From: a virus
Taxonomy: Duplodnaviria > Heunggongvirae > Uroviricota > Caudoviricetes
DNA length: 64,000 nucleotides
Virus record (IMG/VR): IMGVR_UViG_3300040801_001810
Coordinates: 166,194 to 230,193 of that record
Strand: one strand, 5' to 3'
Shown: one piece after another, positions 27,756 through 37,190 of the stretch
Layout: every line of letters starts with the position of its first letter
Numbering within the stretch: the first letter of the stretch is position 1
Program-made: the position numbers and the translations under genes
The notes under the pieces: generated by a model
Database searches by the model: none
What the model saw: only the letters and a program-made list of their open reading frames with translations
What the model was told of the DNA's origin: nothing

Positions 27756-28241
27756 ATGATTAAACATACATTTATTATTCTTCTTCTTATACTTCTTTTC
27801 CTAATAGGATGTTCTCCAACAGGACCTGAACTTGAAGGAGATATACAGTATGCAGACGTTGAAGGAACAACTTGGGTAATGAGTGATTCATTTCCAGGAG
27901 CATCTGTTTATAGTAAAAGTTACTTCACATTCAAACACGACACGATAATCTGTCAGATAGATAAGTACAATACTGTAATGGGTTTATACGGCCAGCGTTT
28001 TTTCAAAGGCAATGTAAATTACTTCCGATACTGGAAAGATAACGACGGCGATATATTACTCAGATTTAACTGGACAAGAAAGGAGTATGTTGGAGGAGAT
28101 TGGAATAGACCTGTTGCAGACTATCACGTATCCAGCGACTATTTCCTTTGGAAAATCGAGAATGATAGCCTACACTTTGGATTCATCGATGAAGATGATG
28201 AGGATGCTTGGTATTGGTCATTAACGAGAGGAATACAATGA
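27756..28241 (+). CDS. putative lipoprotein
   Basis: MIKHTFIILLLILLFLIGCSP has a lipobox LIGC. RBS actaaggaggataagaATG. Confidence 0.45.
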   Translation: MIKHTFIILLLILLFLIGCSPTGPELEGDIQYADVEGTTWVMSDSFPGASVYSKSYFTFKHDTIICQIDKYNTVMGLYGQRFFKGNVNYFRYWKDNDGDILLRFNWTRKEYVGGDWNRPVADYHVSSDYFLWKIENDSLHFGFIDEDDEDAWYWSLTRGIQ

Positions 28242-28370
28242 AGAATAAAGGACAAAATCCATTCTGGCTATATGCGGCAGCTTTGATTATTGCTCCTTTA
28301 TTTCCACCAATCTCACCAATTGTATCATTGATCCTCTTCGTAATAGCTATTAATAAAAAGCTTGATTGAA
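28239..28370 (+). CDS. small membrane peptide (43 aa)
   Basis: ATG overlapping the previous stop. Hydrophobic LYAAALIIAPLFPPISPIVSLILFVIAI. Confidence 0.3.
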
Positions 28371-28381
28371 AGGAACACACC

Positions 28382-30376
28382 ATGAATGTTTTCACCTGCG
28401 TTCGTGGCCAACAAAACGGACAACAGTGTGCATTCAAATTACTCAGACGTAATAAAGAATCTGGGGAAATTGAATATTTAGGATGCCAACGCTGTGGCGG
28501 AAAAAAGGGTCACGATGAATACAACATCTATCCTGAACACAGGTCAGATGGATCAGTAGTTAATCAAAATCCAGGAGCTATGTTTCCCACCGATGTAGGA
28601 CCAACAGTAATATGGGAGAATCTATCTGGACATAATCAAAATGGATTAAATTATGATCTGCGAGATTTTCCAGCAGACATACATCCACTATACCATAGAG
28701 AGGATAGAAATATCCCTCTATCAAATAATCTTTCAGGGGATGACACAGGAGAGATATTTGGCGGAAACGAACCATGTCTTGTAGTTCCAGGTTGGAACAT
28801 AGAAACTTTCTACGGTCATGATAGAGTAGAACGATGTTATAAAGGTATCTATGGTAAATATGACTCAAAGACAGATATGGTTCTACCTTTATGTCTTAAG
28901 AGTTATACCAGAGATATTCCAGGTTGGATTGATTATTCAACTAAGACTGAATGGGCTACTCCAAGAGAATTCTTTGTAGAAGGATCAACTGACGCTCAAA
29001 TTGTAGCATTTTGTCATGACTTCTTCGAATCAGCAGATGTAGCTAACAGAATAGCAGAATCAATGATAGCTATACGTGATGGACATTTCGTCAACGTATG
29101 GATATTAATGGCTAATAACTTCGTATCAAACGAAGAGAGAAAGCTATTCATGGAAATAGTATCTCTTAAGACTCGCTCTGCTATTTATAGTAGACATGTT
29201 AACCTTCAAAGTTACTGTGAATTATATACACTGCTTGGAAAAGCAGAATGGTACGAAGAAGGCATTGATGAGAATGGTAAATCAGTCAAGAACTTAAAAA
29301 CTATACCAAGAGAAATGGTTAAGTTGTTTAAGCAAAACTTGATGAATTGGATACTAAATTATCCTCCTCTCAAGGTAGAAGAGTGGTATGATAACTATAC
29401 TACGAATAAAAGATTCTGGTTCGTATGCGAAATGTTAAGGAAAGCCAAGAAGGAGAAAGTACTAAGTAGAACAGCTAAGCTATCAATGTGGCTAGTAAAG
29501 CAATTCATTGATTCTCGTAATGCAAAGAAGGAATTCAACTTATTCGGTGAACAGTATGATTATGCAACTTCACCAAAGGATATACAAGATGAATTCTGTG
29601 AATCAATACTGTTAAGATTGAAAGATGGCCCGCAAGCAATGTATCCTGGAATGATTAAAATAAAAGATATCATTCAGGTTGACAACGACGGACCAGCATG
29701 GTTCATGTTCTGCGAAATACTAAAAGCAGGAAAACGATGGAATATCTCAGAGATTCAAACCACATGGGATTATTTCAAAAGAGCATGGATACATGAAGAT
29801 GCTTCTATATTCTGGGATTGGATTGATTGTATGGAGCAACAACCATATGAAACAGAATATAGTATTTCAAAAGAAGACTTCCTAGCTAAGCTCGAGCGTG
29901 AAGAAGCTAACGCAATTGAATATCCATCAGAGTTTGCAGAAACAATGGAGATAGGTGCTACTGAATTCAATCTTGGAGAAGGAAGTATATCGCCAACAAG
30001 GTCATTTGCTGCTAACTTAATGGAATGCATGATAAGTTCAGATTCATTTGAAGTTCAGCAACGCACCTTAAGTGAAGTATATGATGCACGAGCAAGAATA
30101 AAGAAGTCTCGTGAATGTAATCATGAAACATTCTGGAATGAACTCGTCAGAATAGGTGGACTAAGTGGAGATAAAATTCAACTGAAGACCACGCTATCAG
30201 ATGAAATTCATGAAGAATTGCTTGAATCAAGAGATACAAGATTAGCTAACATGGACAGTACACTTGAGACAGGTCTTGATTCAAACGAGCTTACTACTAT
30301 GTCTGCATTTGACATTTATTCTGGCGAACACGAACAACTCGATGGAGGTAGCGGATCATGGCACGAAGAGGAATAA
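28382..30376 (+). CDS. large hypothetical protein with N-terminal zinc-ribbon
   Basis: 664 aa. N-terminal CVRGQQNGQQC...CQRCGG. Weak Toprim-like FFVEGSTDAQIV, not convincing. Confidence 0.5.
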   Translation: MNVFTCVRGQQNGQQCAFKLLRRNKESGEIEYLGCQRCGGKKGHDEYNIYPEHRSDGSVVNQNPGAMFPTDVGPTVIWENLSGHNQNGLNYDLRDFPADIHPLYHREDRNIPLSNNLSGDDTGEIFGGNEPCLVVPGWNIETFYGHDRVERCYKGIYGKYDSKTDMVLPLCLKSYTRDIPGWIDYSTKTEWATPREFFVEGSTDAQIVAFCHDFFESADVANRIAESMIAIRDGHFVNVWILMANNFVSNEERKLFMEIVSLKTRSAIYSRHVNLQSYCELYTLLGKAEWYEEGIDENGKSVKNLKTIPREMVKLFKQNLMNWILNYPPLKVEEWYDNYTTNKRFWFVCEMLRKAKKEKVLSRTAKLSMWLVKQFIDSRNAKKEFNLFGEQYDYATSPKDIQDEFCESILLRLKDGPQAMYPGMIKIKDIIQVDNDGPAWFMFCEILKAGKRWNISEIQTTWDYFKRAWIHEDASIFWDWIDCMEQQPYETEYSISKEDFLAKLEREEANAIEYPSEFAETMEIGATEFNLGEGSISPTRSFAANLMECMISSDSFEVQQRTLSEVYDARARIKKSRECNHETFWNELVRIGGLSGDKIQLKTTLSDEIHEELLESRDTRLANMDSTLETGLDSNELTTMSAFDIYSGEHEQLDGGSGSWHEEE

Positions 30377-30828
30377 ACATGGTTGGTTACTTCGAAAAAG
30401 GAGTAATCAACTCAGTTAGAAAATGTAAACCAGGCGCTGGTAAAGGATGTTGGGTACGAAATAAACTTGTTGATAGAGAACAAACAGGTGAACCTTCAGT
30501 ACTATGGCAACATCTTATAAGCAATACCATGAGTAAGGAAAGCCTAGTAAAAGTATTAACTAAGGATAGAAGAACACAACTTAGAAGGATTGATACCTTT
30601 GAATCAAACGGGCAATCTGTAAATGTCAGTGACATATATCCATTTAATGGATATTGTTATTGCTTATTCATGGATGATGGGAAGGGACTTACATTGTTTG
30701 AAGTAGCTAGTAAAACAATGAAGGAGCTAAAACTTGCAAGATACGATAAGGAGGGTAATTCAACAATCCCTTTACTTATTGGCGTGGACAGAGACAAAAC
30801 ATCAGTTACAATATTAAATACAATCTAG
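30358..30828 (+). CDS. hypothetical protein
   Basis: 156-aa ORF overlapping the previous stop. Confidence 0.45.
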   Translation: MARRGINMVGYFEKGVINSVRKCKPGAGKGCWVRNKLVDREQTGEPSVLWQHLISNTMSKESLVKVLTKDRRTQLRRIDTFESNGQSVNVSDIYPFNGYCYCLFMDDGKGLTLFEVASKTMKELKLARYDKEGNSTIPLLIGVDRDKTSVTILNTI

Positions 30829-30875
30829 TAACTGATTCTTATCTATTTCTAATCTTACTTAAAGGAGTCTTCATT

Positions 30876-31538
30876 ATGAAGCTTGCAGAAAACATTCCGA
30901 TGGTCGATCAACAGGGAAATGAAGTAACAGGAATCGGTGTCGTAAGTGAAGCAGGTACTTGCGTAGCATCAGCTACTGTAAGAAAGAACCCTTCACTAAG
31001 TTGGTCTCGTCCAAACAGTTCAGGCAATGTATCACGTACAATTGCTTTTGGTGATGTATCGCTTCAGATGTTTCGCCAGACCTCAGAACCAGATGAAAAC
31101 GGTTTTGTTACAGGAGAAATGGTTGAAGATGGAATCATGCTTCGCCATACACCGTTCTACATCATGCAAATCAAAAAGAATAGTGATCCTGATTCACGAG
31201 CAGAAGAACCCTTTATTAATTCAATTGCAGATTATGTATATCGCCAGAATGATAGAGCAAATACTCGCAATCAGAAAATCCCAATGCATATTATTTATGG
31301 TGGTGAGGAAAGAAAAGAACTCATCGTTGCCTCCATTAATAAAGCATGTGAAATCCTCAATGATCTCGACCAAGCAGGCGTAGCAGTACCAACTGCACGA
31401 AAGAACAATCTGTTTGCTCAAGGAGCATCTGCTATCTTGAATATGGTCGGACGTCAGACTTCAGATCAACAAAGTCAAGGAAACAATCAGCAACAGGTAA
31501 GCAACACAATGTCTGCTGATGATGTTATTCCTAACTAA
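30876..31538 (+). CDS. hypothetical protein
   Basis: 220-aa ORF with RBS taaaggagtcttcattATG. Gln-rich C-terminus. Confidence 0.5.
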   Translation: MKLAENIPMVDQQGNEVTGIGVVSEAGTCVASATVRKNPSLSWSRPNSSGNVSRTIAFGDVSLQMFRQTSEPDENGFVTGEMVEDGIMLRHTPFYIMQIKKNSDPDSRAEEPFINSIADYVYRQNDRANTRNQKIPMHIIYGGEERKELIVASINKACEILNDLDQAGVAVPTARKNNLFAQGASAILNMVGRQTSDQQSQGNNQQQVSNTMSADDVIPN

Positions 31539-31569
31539 TAGGTAATGCAGGTGGTGTTCCCAGGTGAAG

Positions 31570-31609
31570 AATAGGGAGTAGGCTGAAAAGTCTATTCCCT
31601 ATTTTTTTG
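31570..31609 (+). terminator. rho-independent terminator
   Basis: AATAGGGA-17nt-TCCCTATT followed by TTTTTTTG. Confidence 0.5.
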
Positions 31610-32076
31610 TGCTCCTATATTGGGCTTTTAGTATTAACATAAATATTTGGGGGTGCGGGGTGGCAACATTAGAAGAACTACAAGCTGAAGCTAAACCATA
31701 TATTGGTACATTAGTATTAAGTATATTTGATGTGGTTCGACTTGAGAATGTAGTTGATGGAGAAGATGATTATTATTGGATATATACTGGACTTAAACAA
31801 AAATATTGGAGTTCGTGTGTAGGAGGATTTATTCCACTTAAAGGTGTACTTCCTGATAAAGACTATGATAGTCTAGTTCATATATTTAATCTTAATTGTA
31901 TACCAGACATAGAAGCGAGAAATAAAATGGAATTACAAGATAAACTCAAAGAAATTGAAGAACAATGGAAAGACGAGAAATTGTGGGAAGAAAAGGAAGA
32001 TGTCTTTGATTTTATGCGTAAACATTTTGATTTTCTACTAGAGAATTCTAAAAAGTTTATAGAAAGGGAATCATGA
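31609..32076 (+). CDS. hypothetical protein
   Basis: 155-aa ORF. Alternative start further in. Confidence 0.4.
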   Translation: MLLYWAFSININIWGCGVATLEELQAEAKPYIGTLVLSIFDVVRLENVVDGEDDYYWIYTGLKQKYWSSCVGGFIPLKGVLPDKDYDSLVHIFNLNCIPDIEARNKMELQDKLKEIEEQWKDEKLWEEKEDVFDFMRKHFDFLLENSKKFIERES

Positions 32077-32435
32077 AAAAAACAATATTTATATTGTTAC
32101 TTGTCACAGCTGTTTCAGCTGGTAAAAGACCTGCTCTTGGTGATTGTGTAATAATTACTAAAGGATTATACACAAATTACATGGGTTGGGTTGTTGGTTC
32201 TGATTGTCATCCAACATCTGATTGTAATTATTATATAATTGATGTATATGCTCCAGGTGGAGGATGTATAGCTAAGAATAGGTTTTATTATGATAATTTA
32301 AGGGAGTGTACTGATGAAGACAGAGATCGGTACAAAAACGCTTCCTCAAATTCAAATAAATCTAAGAATACTTCAAAACTAAGGATGGATACACCAAGCA
32401 AAGCAAATAGTGATTGGATTAATTCCACCTTTTAA
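32073..32435 (+). CDS. secreted hypothetical protein
   Basis: MKKTIFILLLVTAVSAG signal peptide. Confidence 0.45.
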   Translation: MKKTIFILLLVTAVSAGKRPALGDCVIITKGLYTNYMGWVVGSDCHPTSDCNYYIIDVYAPGGGCIAKNRFYYDNLRECTDEDRDRYKNASSNSNKSKNTSKLRMDTPSKANSDWINSTF

Positions 32436-32454
32436 TACTCATACTTAATGGAGG

Positions 32455-33228
32455 TTGACAATGGCAGAGAAGGGAAAACTTCACGCCGTGCTCGCTGTCT
32501 ATGATGACAGAAAAAAGACCATGGCAAAAATTCTTGGTGAGACTATGAAGACACTCACCAGTCGACAGACTCACTTTATGGGAAGTTCAAAGACTTATCA
32601 AGCATTTGATGATAAAGATAAGGATATTCCCCGCAGTGAAATCAAACATGTAGTAACTACTGTTGGTGAGAAAGTAGATTACTTCGAAGACAGAGCTTCT
32701 AACTTTATTGATGTTGTACATCAAAAGGAAGTTGCCAACTGTGAAGCAAAAGGCACAATCACTATTGAGCGTGACGGGGAATCACCAATCGTTGTAGCTG
32801 AGAATGTACCAGTACAAGAACTTGTTCAACTCGAGAACTTGTTTGTACAATTCCGTTCACAGGTATACAATAACATCCCAACTCTGGATCCAAATAAGAA
32901 GTGGGATGAAGACGAGAATAATCCTGGTCATTACAGGACAGAAGCGTATAATACTGTTCGTACACGTAATCAGCCCAGAGTTATTCAGTTGGCTCCTGCT
33001 ACTAAGGAACACAAAGAACAAGCACAGATTGTCAATGAAGATATCCCTGTTGGTGAGTACACAATGGTTGATTTTTCAACGTGTATTAGTCCAAAGGATA
33101 AAGCAGACAAACTTGAGAAGATAGATGAACTCATTGAAGCAATTAAGAAGGCTCGCTCAAAGGCGAATCAGACTGAAGCTCCCAATGAGAAGATAGCTCA
33201 TAAGCTATTTAAGTTCATCAACAGCTAG
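32455..33228 (+). CDS. hypothetical protein
   Basis: 257-aa ORF with RBS aatggaggttgacaATG. Confidence 0.5.
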   Translation: MTMAEKGKLHAVLAVYDDRKKTMAKILGETMKTLTSRQTHFMGSSKTYQAFDDKDKDIPRSEIKHVVTTVGEKVDYFEDRASNFIDVVHQKEVANCEAKGTITIERDGESPIVVAENVPVQELVQLENLFVQFRSQVYNNIPTLDPNKKWDEDENNPGHYRTEAYNTVRTRNQPRVIQLAPATKEHKEQAQIVNEDIPVGEYTMVDFSTCISPKDKADKLEKIDELIEAIKKARSKANQTEAPNEKIAHKLFKFINS

Positions 33229-33447
33229 ATTATTACTGTCGAAGTACAGTTAATAATAAACGGACATATGCTAATGCTCATGTTGATATTTATACTGAAA
33301 GGGATAACAGACGACAGGCACCCGTTCATACTATCGCATGTCCAATGCTTATGTGAGTACAACCTTTAACAGTTATGATTGCTAACCTAAATACCAACAC
33401 AAGATGTGATTTATCCTATCACAAGATTTTCGGTATTTAAATCTTCC

Positions 33448-33548
33448 TGGGCCACGGGTTCGAATCCCGTCACTGTCCCCAAGGCATCTGCGTGCAGGTG
33501 CTCTGAGACAGTGTAACTCAGCGGTAGAGTACAAGGTATGATACTAAA
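33448..33548 (+). ncRNA. anomalous tRNA-like element. The 3' half (T-arm GGGTTCGAATCCC, acceptor CACTGTC, C, encoded CCA) lies UPSTREAM of the matching 5' half (GACAGTG-TA-ACTC-AGCGGTA-GAGT). This is consistent with a circularly permuted tRNA gene or two tRNA fragments.
   Basis: Read directly. ACGGG-TTCGAAT-CCCGT-CACTGTC-C-CCA at 33454-33481. GACAGTG (exact complement of the acceptor 3' strand) plus a canonical D-arm at 33507-33531. No acceptor 5' strand found upstream. Confidence 0.3.
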
Positions 33549-33687
33549 CTAGCAGTCGAATAACTGTCGGGATACTACTCTTTATTAGCTCTTAAATGAG
33601 CAATCTACTATTAATAGATAATAAACCTGATTGGGGGGTGCGGCGTGGTAAGTCGCATCCTCCTTCTTTTTCCTTAAGGATTTACTA

Positions 33688-34005
33688 TTGAGATTTATAG
33701 CTATTATCAGTATCATTATAGGTATTATTGTTAGTACCTCTAACGGGGCTGATAAACCAGACTCAGTTAAACGTAAAGCATGTGATGGAAAACAAACAGT
33801 TTGGCAACTTAATAATGAAAATACTTATATAGTTGCTGACTGTGAAGGAAATATCTGGTGGCTTAAAACATATGATACATCAAAAACTGCATCTATAATT
33901 CAAGAACAACTATTATATAATGCTAAAGATATATGTACAGCACAGCAAATAATTAAAGATACTCTAGAGCAACATAATCTTAAATCTAAACAATGGTTTG
34001 ATTAA
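33688..34005 (+). CDS. secreted hypothetical protein
   Basis: TTG start in track. Hydrophobic N-terminus IAIISIIIGIIVSTSNGA. Confidence 0.35.
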   Translation: MRFIAIISIIIGIIVSTSNGADKPDSVKRKACDGKQTVWQLNNENTYIVADCEGNIWWLKTYDTSKTASIIQEQLLYNAKDICTAQQIIKDTLEQHNLKSKQWFD

Positions 34006-34022
34006 CCATAGAAAGGAATCAT

Positions 34023-34241
34023 ATGTACATTCTTTACCCAGTAGGACTCGGAGTATTTATCCTAATCTTACTCTGGGTAGCATTTAAATTTTTGGTAAGG
34101 ACATTTCCAAATGAAATGAAGATCTTTATCAAAACAGATGAGATTAAATCATCAGAACTACTTGCTAAGAAAATTAGCAAAGTCGATCCAGCCAAAGCTA
34201 AGCAAAATAATCTTAAAATTAAAAAATTCGTAAAGGAGTAG
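34023..34241 (+). CDS. small membrane protein
   Basis: 72 aa with one TM helix. Confidence 0.4.
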   Translation: MYILYPVGLGVFILILLWVAFKFLVRTFPNEMKIFIKTDEIKSSELLAKKISKVDPAKAKQNNLKIKKFVKE

Positions 34242-34243
34242 CA

Positions 34244-35434
34244 ATGTCTACAAAATTCAAGGTAACTCTTGGAATTATTATTGTTATTTTGATAACAATT
34301 ATCGCACTTGGAAACAACATTGTCAGTTGGAATGATGCTGGTCAAACTCTTGTAACTCAGTATCCAAATGGTAAAATAAAGGTTGTTCTCACACCTGGAC
34401 CATACTGGCAAGCATTTGGTCAAGAATTTGAGTACAATCATTATGCAACAATCGGATTTGGTACACAAAAAGGTGATCGTTCAGCGGATATCGCTGCTGT
34501 ACCAGTAATCTTTAATGATGCTTCGACAGCAGGAATATCACTTCTTGCTCGTGTTCAAATGCCTCAAGATGAAGTGAAGATGAGTAAAATTAAACAACAG
34601 TTTGTAAATGGATACACTCATTTCCTTACAGCAGGTGCAGTACCAGTAATTGAGAACATTGTTAAGATTTCAGCTAACCTTAGATCTTCACAAGAAGCTT
34701 TCCAGACAATGTCTCAGTTCAAGACAGATATTGAAACTCAACTTCGAGACGGTCAATATGTTACCAAAGCAGTAGAAAAATGGGTAACTAAAGCTACTGG
34801 TGATAGTGAACGAGTAAAGCTTACAGAGATCGTATATGCAGAAGATGGAGTAACCCCATTGACTACTACACATGATCTTAAGGAAATGGGATGTAAAGTA
34901 ACTATTCAAGTTCTTGAAGTTCCAGATTTTGATCAACGCACAAAAGACATGATTGCTCAACGTAAAGAACAGTCATTGCAAACAGAAGTTCGTAAGCAAG
35001 AAGCAATTCGTGCTGAACAAGAAGCCATCACAGCAGAAGCATCAGGTAAAGCTGAAGCAATGAAGGTTAAGTGGGAACAAGAAAAAGAGAAAGCCAAAGA
35101 AGTTACAATGGCTGAAAAACGTAAGGAAGTAGCTAAGCTTGATATGGAATCAGCAGCATTTAAAAAGAAGGCTGACATTCTTGAAGGTGAAGGTATTGCC
35201 GCAAAGAAGAAACTTATCATGCAAGCTGATGGTGCTCTTGAGCTTAAGCTTAAAGCAGCTGTTGAGATTAATAAGAATTATGCAACAGCAATTCAGAATT
35301 TCCAAGGAAATCTTGTGCCTCAGTATATTAGCGGAAACGCAGATGGAAAATCATCTTCAGCAATGGATCTAATTGAGATGCTGAAGATTAAGACAGCAAA
35401 AGATCTTTCTCTTGATATGTCTACAAAGAAATAA
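34244..35434 (+). CDS. SPFH/band-7 (HflK/flotillin-like) membrane protein with C-terminal coiled coil
   Basis: N-terminal TM helix, ~180-aa globular region, then EA-rich heptad region (AEQEAITAEASGKAEAMKVKWEQEKEKAKE...) typical of SPFH family architecture. Confidence 0.45.
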   Translation: MSTKFKVTLGIIIVILITIIALGNNIVSWNDAGQTLVTQYPNGKIKVVLTPGPYWQAFGQEFEYNHYATIGFGTQKGDRSADIAAVPVIFNDASTAGISLLARVQMPQDEVKMSKIKQQFVNGYTHFLTAGAVPVIENIVKISANLRSSQEAFQTMSQFKTDIETQLRDGQYVTKAVEKWVTKATGDSERVKLTEIVYAEDGVTPLTTTHDLKEMGCKVTIQVLEVPDFDQRTKDMIAQRKEQSLQTEVRKQEAIRAEQEAITAEASGKAEAMKVKWEQEKEKAKEVTMAEKRKEVAKLDMESAAFKKKADILEGEGIAAKKKLIMQADGALELKLKAAVEINKNYATAIQNFQGNLVPQYISGNADGKSSSAMDLIEMLKIKTAKDLSLDMSTKK

Positions 35435-35444
35435 CAAGAGCTAA

Positions 35445-35792
35445 GTGGTGCAGCAGCTGCAAAAGGGTAGGATTAAGTTCCTACCCTTTTTTTATTTGGA
35501 GAATAACATGTTTTGGACAATACTTTTATTAATTGTAGGAGCAGGTTTAATAGCTCTTGCTATATGGGCTTCAAGTGAATACGAAGAAGAATTAGCAGCA
35601 CTTTTAGGAATAACAGCATTAGCATGTATTTTAATAGGACTCGGTCTATTGTTTAGTGGAAAAAAAGAATCATCAGTTACGAATACTAAGACAGAAGTAA
35701 TAGTTGATACAACCAAAACTTCTGTCTCTAATATAGATACAACAAAAGAAGAGAAAGATCGATGGCACGATAATAAGGAGTGGATGGAATGA
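35445..35792 (+). CDS. small membrane protein
   Basis: 115 aa with two TM helices. The internal ATG at ~35508 (after the terminator) is the likelier start. Confidence 0.4.
   Translation: MVQQLQKGRIKFLPFFYLENNMFWTILLLIVGAGLIALAIWASSEYEEELAALLGITALACILIGLGLLFSGKKESSVTNTKTEVIVDTTKTSVSNIDTTKEEKDRWHDNKEWME
35461..35496 (+). terminator. rho-independent terminator
   Basis: AAAGGGTAGG-ATTAAGTT-CCTACCCTTT followed by TTTTTAT. Confidence 0.55.
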
Positions 35793-36142
35793 TTGCTTGG
35801 ATACTAACGCTTCAATGGTGGTGGATAGTAGCCATAGTATTAACTATAATCCTATGGCTTATATTTGGTACTAATATTTATATTAGTAATAGAACATCAT
35901 ATAATAAAAAGCCATGGTTAGCAGCATTAATATATGCAGTTTTCTGTGGATTTCTTGGAGCAGCATCTATACCATTTGGAATAATATCTGCTGGTTATGG
36001 TATCCATTGGTTAAATGTAACTGATGGTGGAGAGAAACCCTATACAGCACCAGTAGTATCAAATAAACGTGACACTTTAATTGTAAAAGACACAGTTATA
36101 CTCAAAGAAGAAACTAAATCAAAAACTTGGATGGATAATTAA
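35780..36142 (+). CDS. membrane protein
   Basis: 120 aa with 3 TM helices. Confidence 0.45.
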   Translation: MDGMIAWILTLQWWWIVAIVLTIILWLIFGTNIYISNRTSYNKKPWLAALIYAVFCGFLGAASIPFGIISAGYGIHWLNVTDGGEKPYTAPVVSNKRDTLIVKDTVILKEETKSKTWMDN

Positions 36143-36162
36143 CAATAAACCAGGAGAATGAA

Positions 36163-36921
36163 ATGAGTGACGAACAGTTGGTATCAACCGTAACTGCAAG
36201 CGGATTCAACTTTGGTCATGTACCAATCAATGATGATCTTAGCGACACTGAGTATATGATTGGAATGATAGCTGTTGATGCTTCTTCCTCTGTATCTTCA
36301 TTTGAAAAGGAAATGGAAGATTGTCTTTGTGATATTACAAAGATGAATCAAAAACTTCAGACTGCTAATAAAATTATGCAACGTGTTACGAAGTTTGGAA
36401 GCAACATATCTGAAATCCATGGTCTTCAACAGATAGCGAATCTTGATGCATCCACAGCATATAAAGGAAAAGTAAAACCAAGAGGAATGACTGCATTATA
36501 CGATGCAACTATGGATGCAATCGAATCATCAGAACAATTCTGTCGAGATCTTGTTGATAATGATTATGATGCAACTGCTTGTATTTTCATTATTACAGAT
36601 GGAGAAGAAAATAATTCAATCAAAGTTCGTGACCCAAAGATTATTAAAGATAAACTTGATAGTCTTCGAAAAGATGAAAAAGCATTTACTTCTCCTCCCA
36701 TCGTTGTACTAATTGGTGTTAATATTCAAGATAAATATGTCAAAGACTGTCTTGATTCTTTTTCAAAAGAAGCAGGTCTTGACAAATTCGTAGCAATTGA
36801 AGATGCTACTCCTTCCAGTCTCGGGAAGATTGCTGGACTCATTTCTCAGAGTTTCTCAAGCAAGTCCCAGAATGTTACTTCACAGAACATTCAGCAGACA
36901 CTCAGCCAAGTTACAATCTAA
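36163..36921 (+). CDS. von Willebrand factor type A (vWA) domain protein (TerY-like)
   Basis: MIDAS motif IAVDASSSVS (DxSxS), TALYDATMDAI, and ACIFIITDGEEN (DG) in correct order. RBS accaggagaatgaaATG. Confidence 0.6.
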   Translation: MSDEQLVSTVTASGFNFGHVPINDDLSDTEYMIGMIAVDASSSVSSFEKEMEDCLCDITKMNQKLQTANKIMQRVTKFGSNISEIHGLQQIANLDASTAYKGKVKPRGMTALYDATMDAIESSEQFCRDLVDNDYDATACIFIITDGEENNSIKVRDPKIIKDKLDSLRKDEKAFTSPPIVVLIGVNIQDKYVKDCLDSFSKEAGLDKFVAIEDATPSSLGKIAGLISQSFSSKSQNVTSQNIQQTLSQVTI

Positions 36922-36988
36922 AGCACGGACTTATCCTTTCACCGTGCTTGATAGGGGCGACAATTAAGATAATATATCTTGTCGCCCC
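36922..36988 (+). terminator. tandem hairpins (AGCACGG...CCGTGCT; GGGGCGACAA...TTGTCGCCCC) downstream of the vWA gene
   Basis: Read directly. The second hairpin is followed by CTTTACCCC rather than a T-run, so this may be a stabiliser or processing site. Confidence 0.4.
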
Positions 36989-37190
36989 GCCTTTACCCCT
37001 TAGATTCTTGGAGAAGCAATGATTATATTTTTACTACTATGGATAGCCATAGGACTAGCTTCTCTTTGTTATTGGATTACCAAACTTCAATTAGTAATTA
37101 AAAGATTTAGATCTATAACTATAGCAGCTATAGCTGGACCATTCACTAATTTTATAATTTGGTATTTACATACAACCGAGAGAGATAAAG

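Noticed and set aside
33448-33481. Interpretation of tRNA 3' fragments (33448-33481; 47590-47612) as attP cores of an integrative phage
   Set aside because: No integrase, excisionase or repressor genes recognisable anywhere in the window. The matching 5' half directly downstream at 33507 fits a permuted or split gene better than an att site.
33448-33640. Second tmRNA (two-piece/permuted) at the 33450 element
   Set aside because: A complete standard tmRNA is present at 61161-61528. The 33507 half carries a canonical D-arm (tRNA-like, not tmRNA-like), and no tag reading frame with a resume codon was evident.
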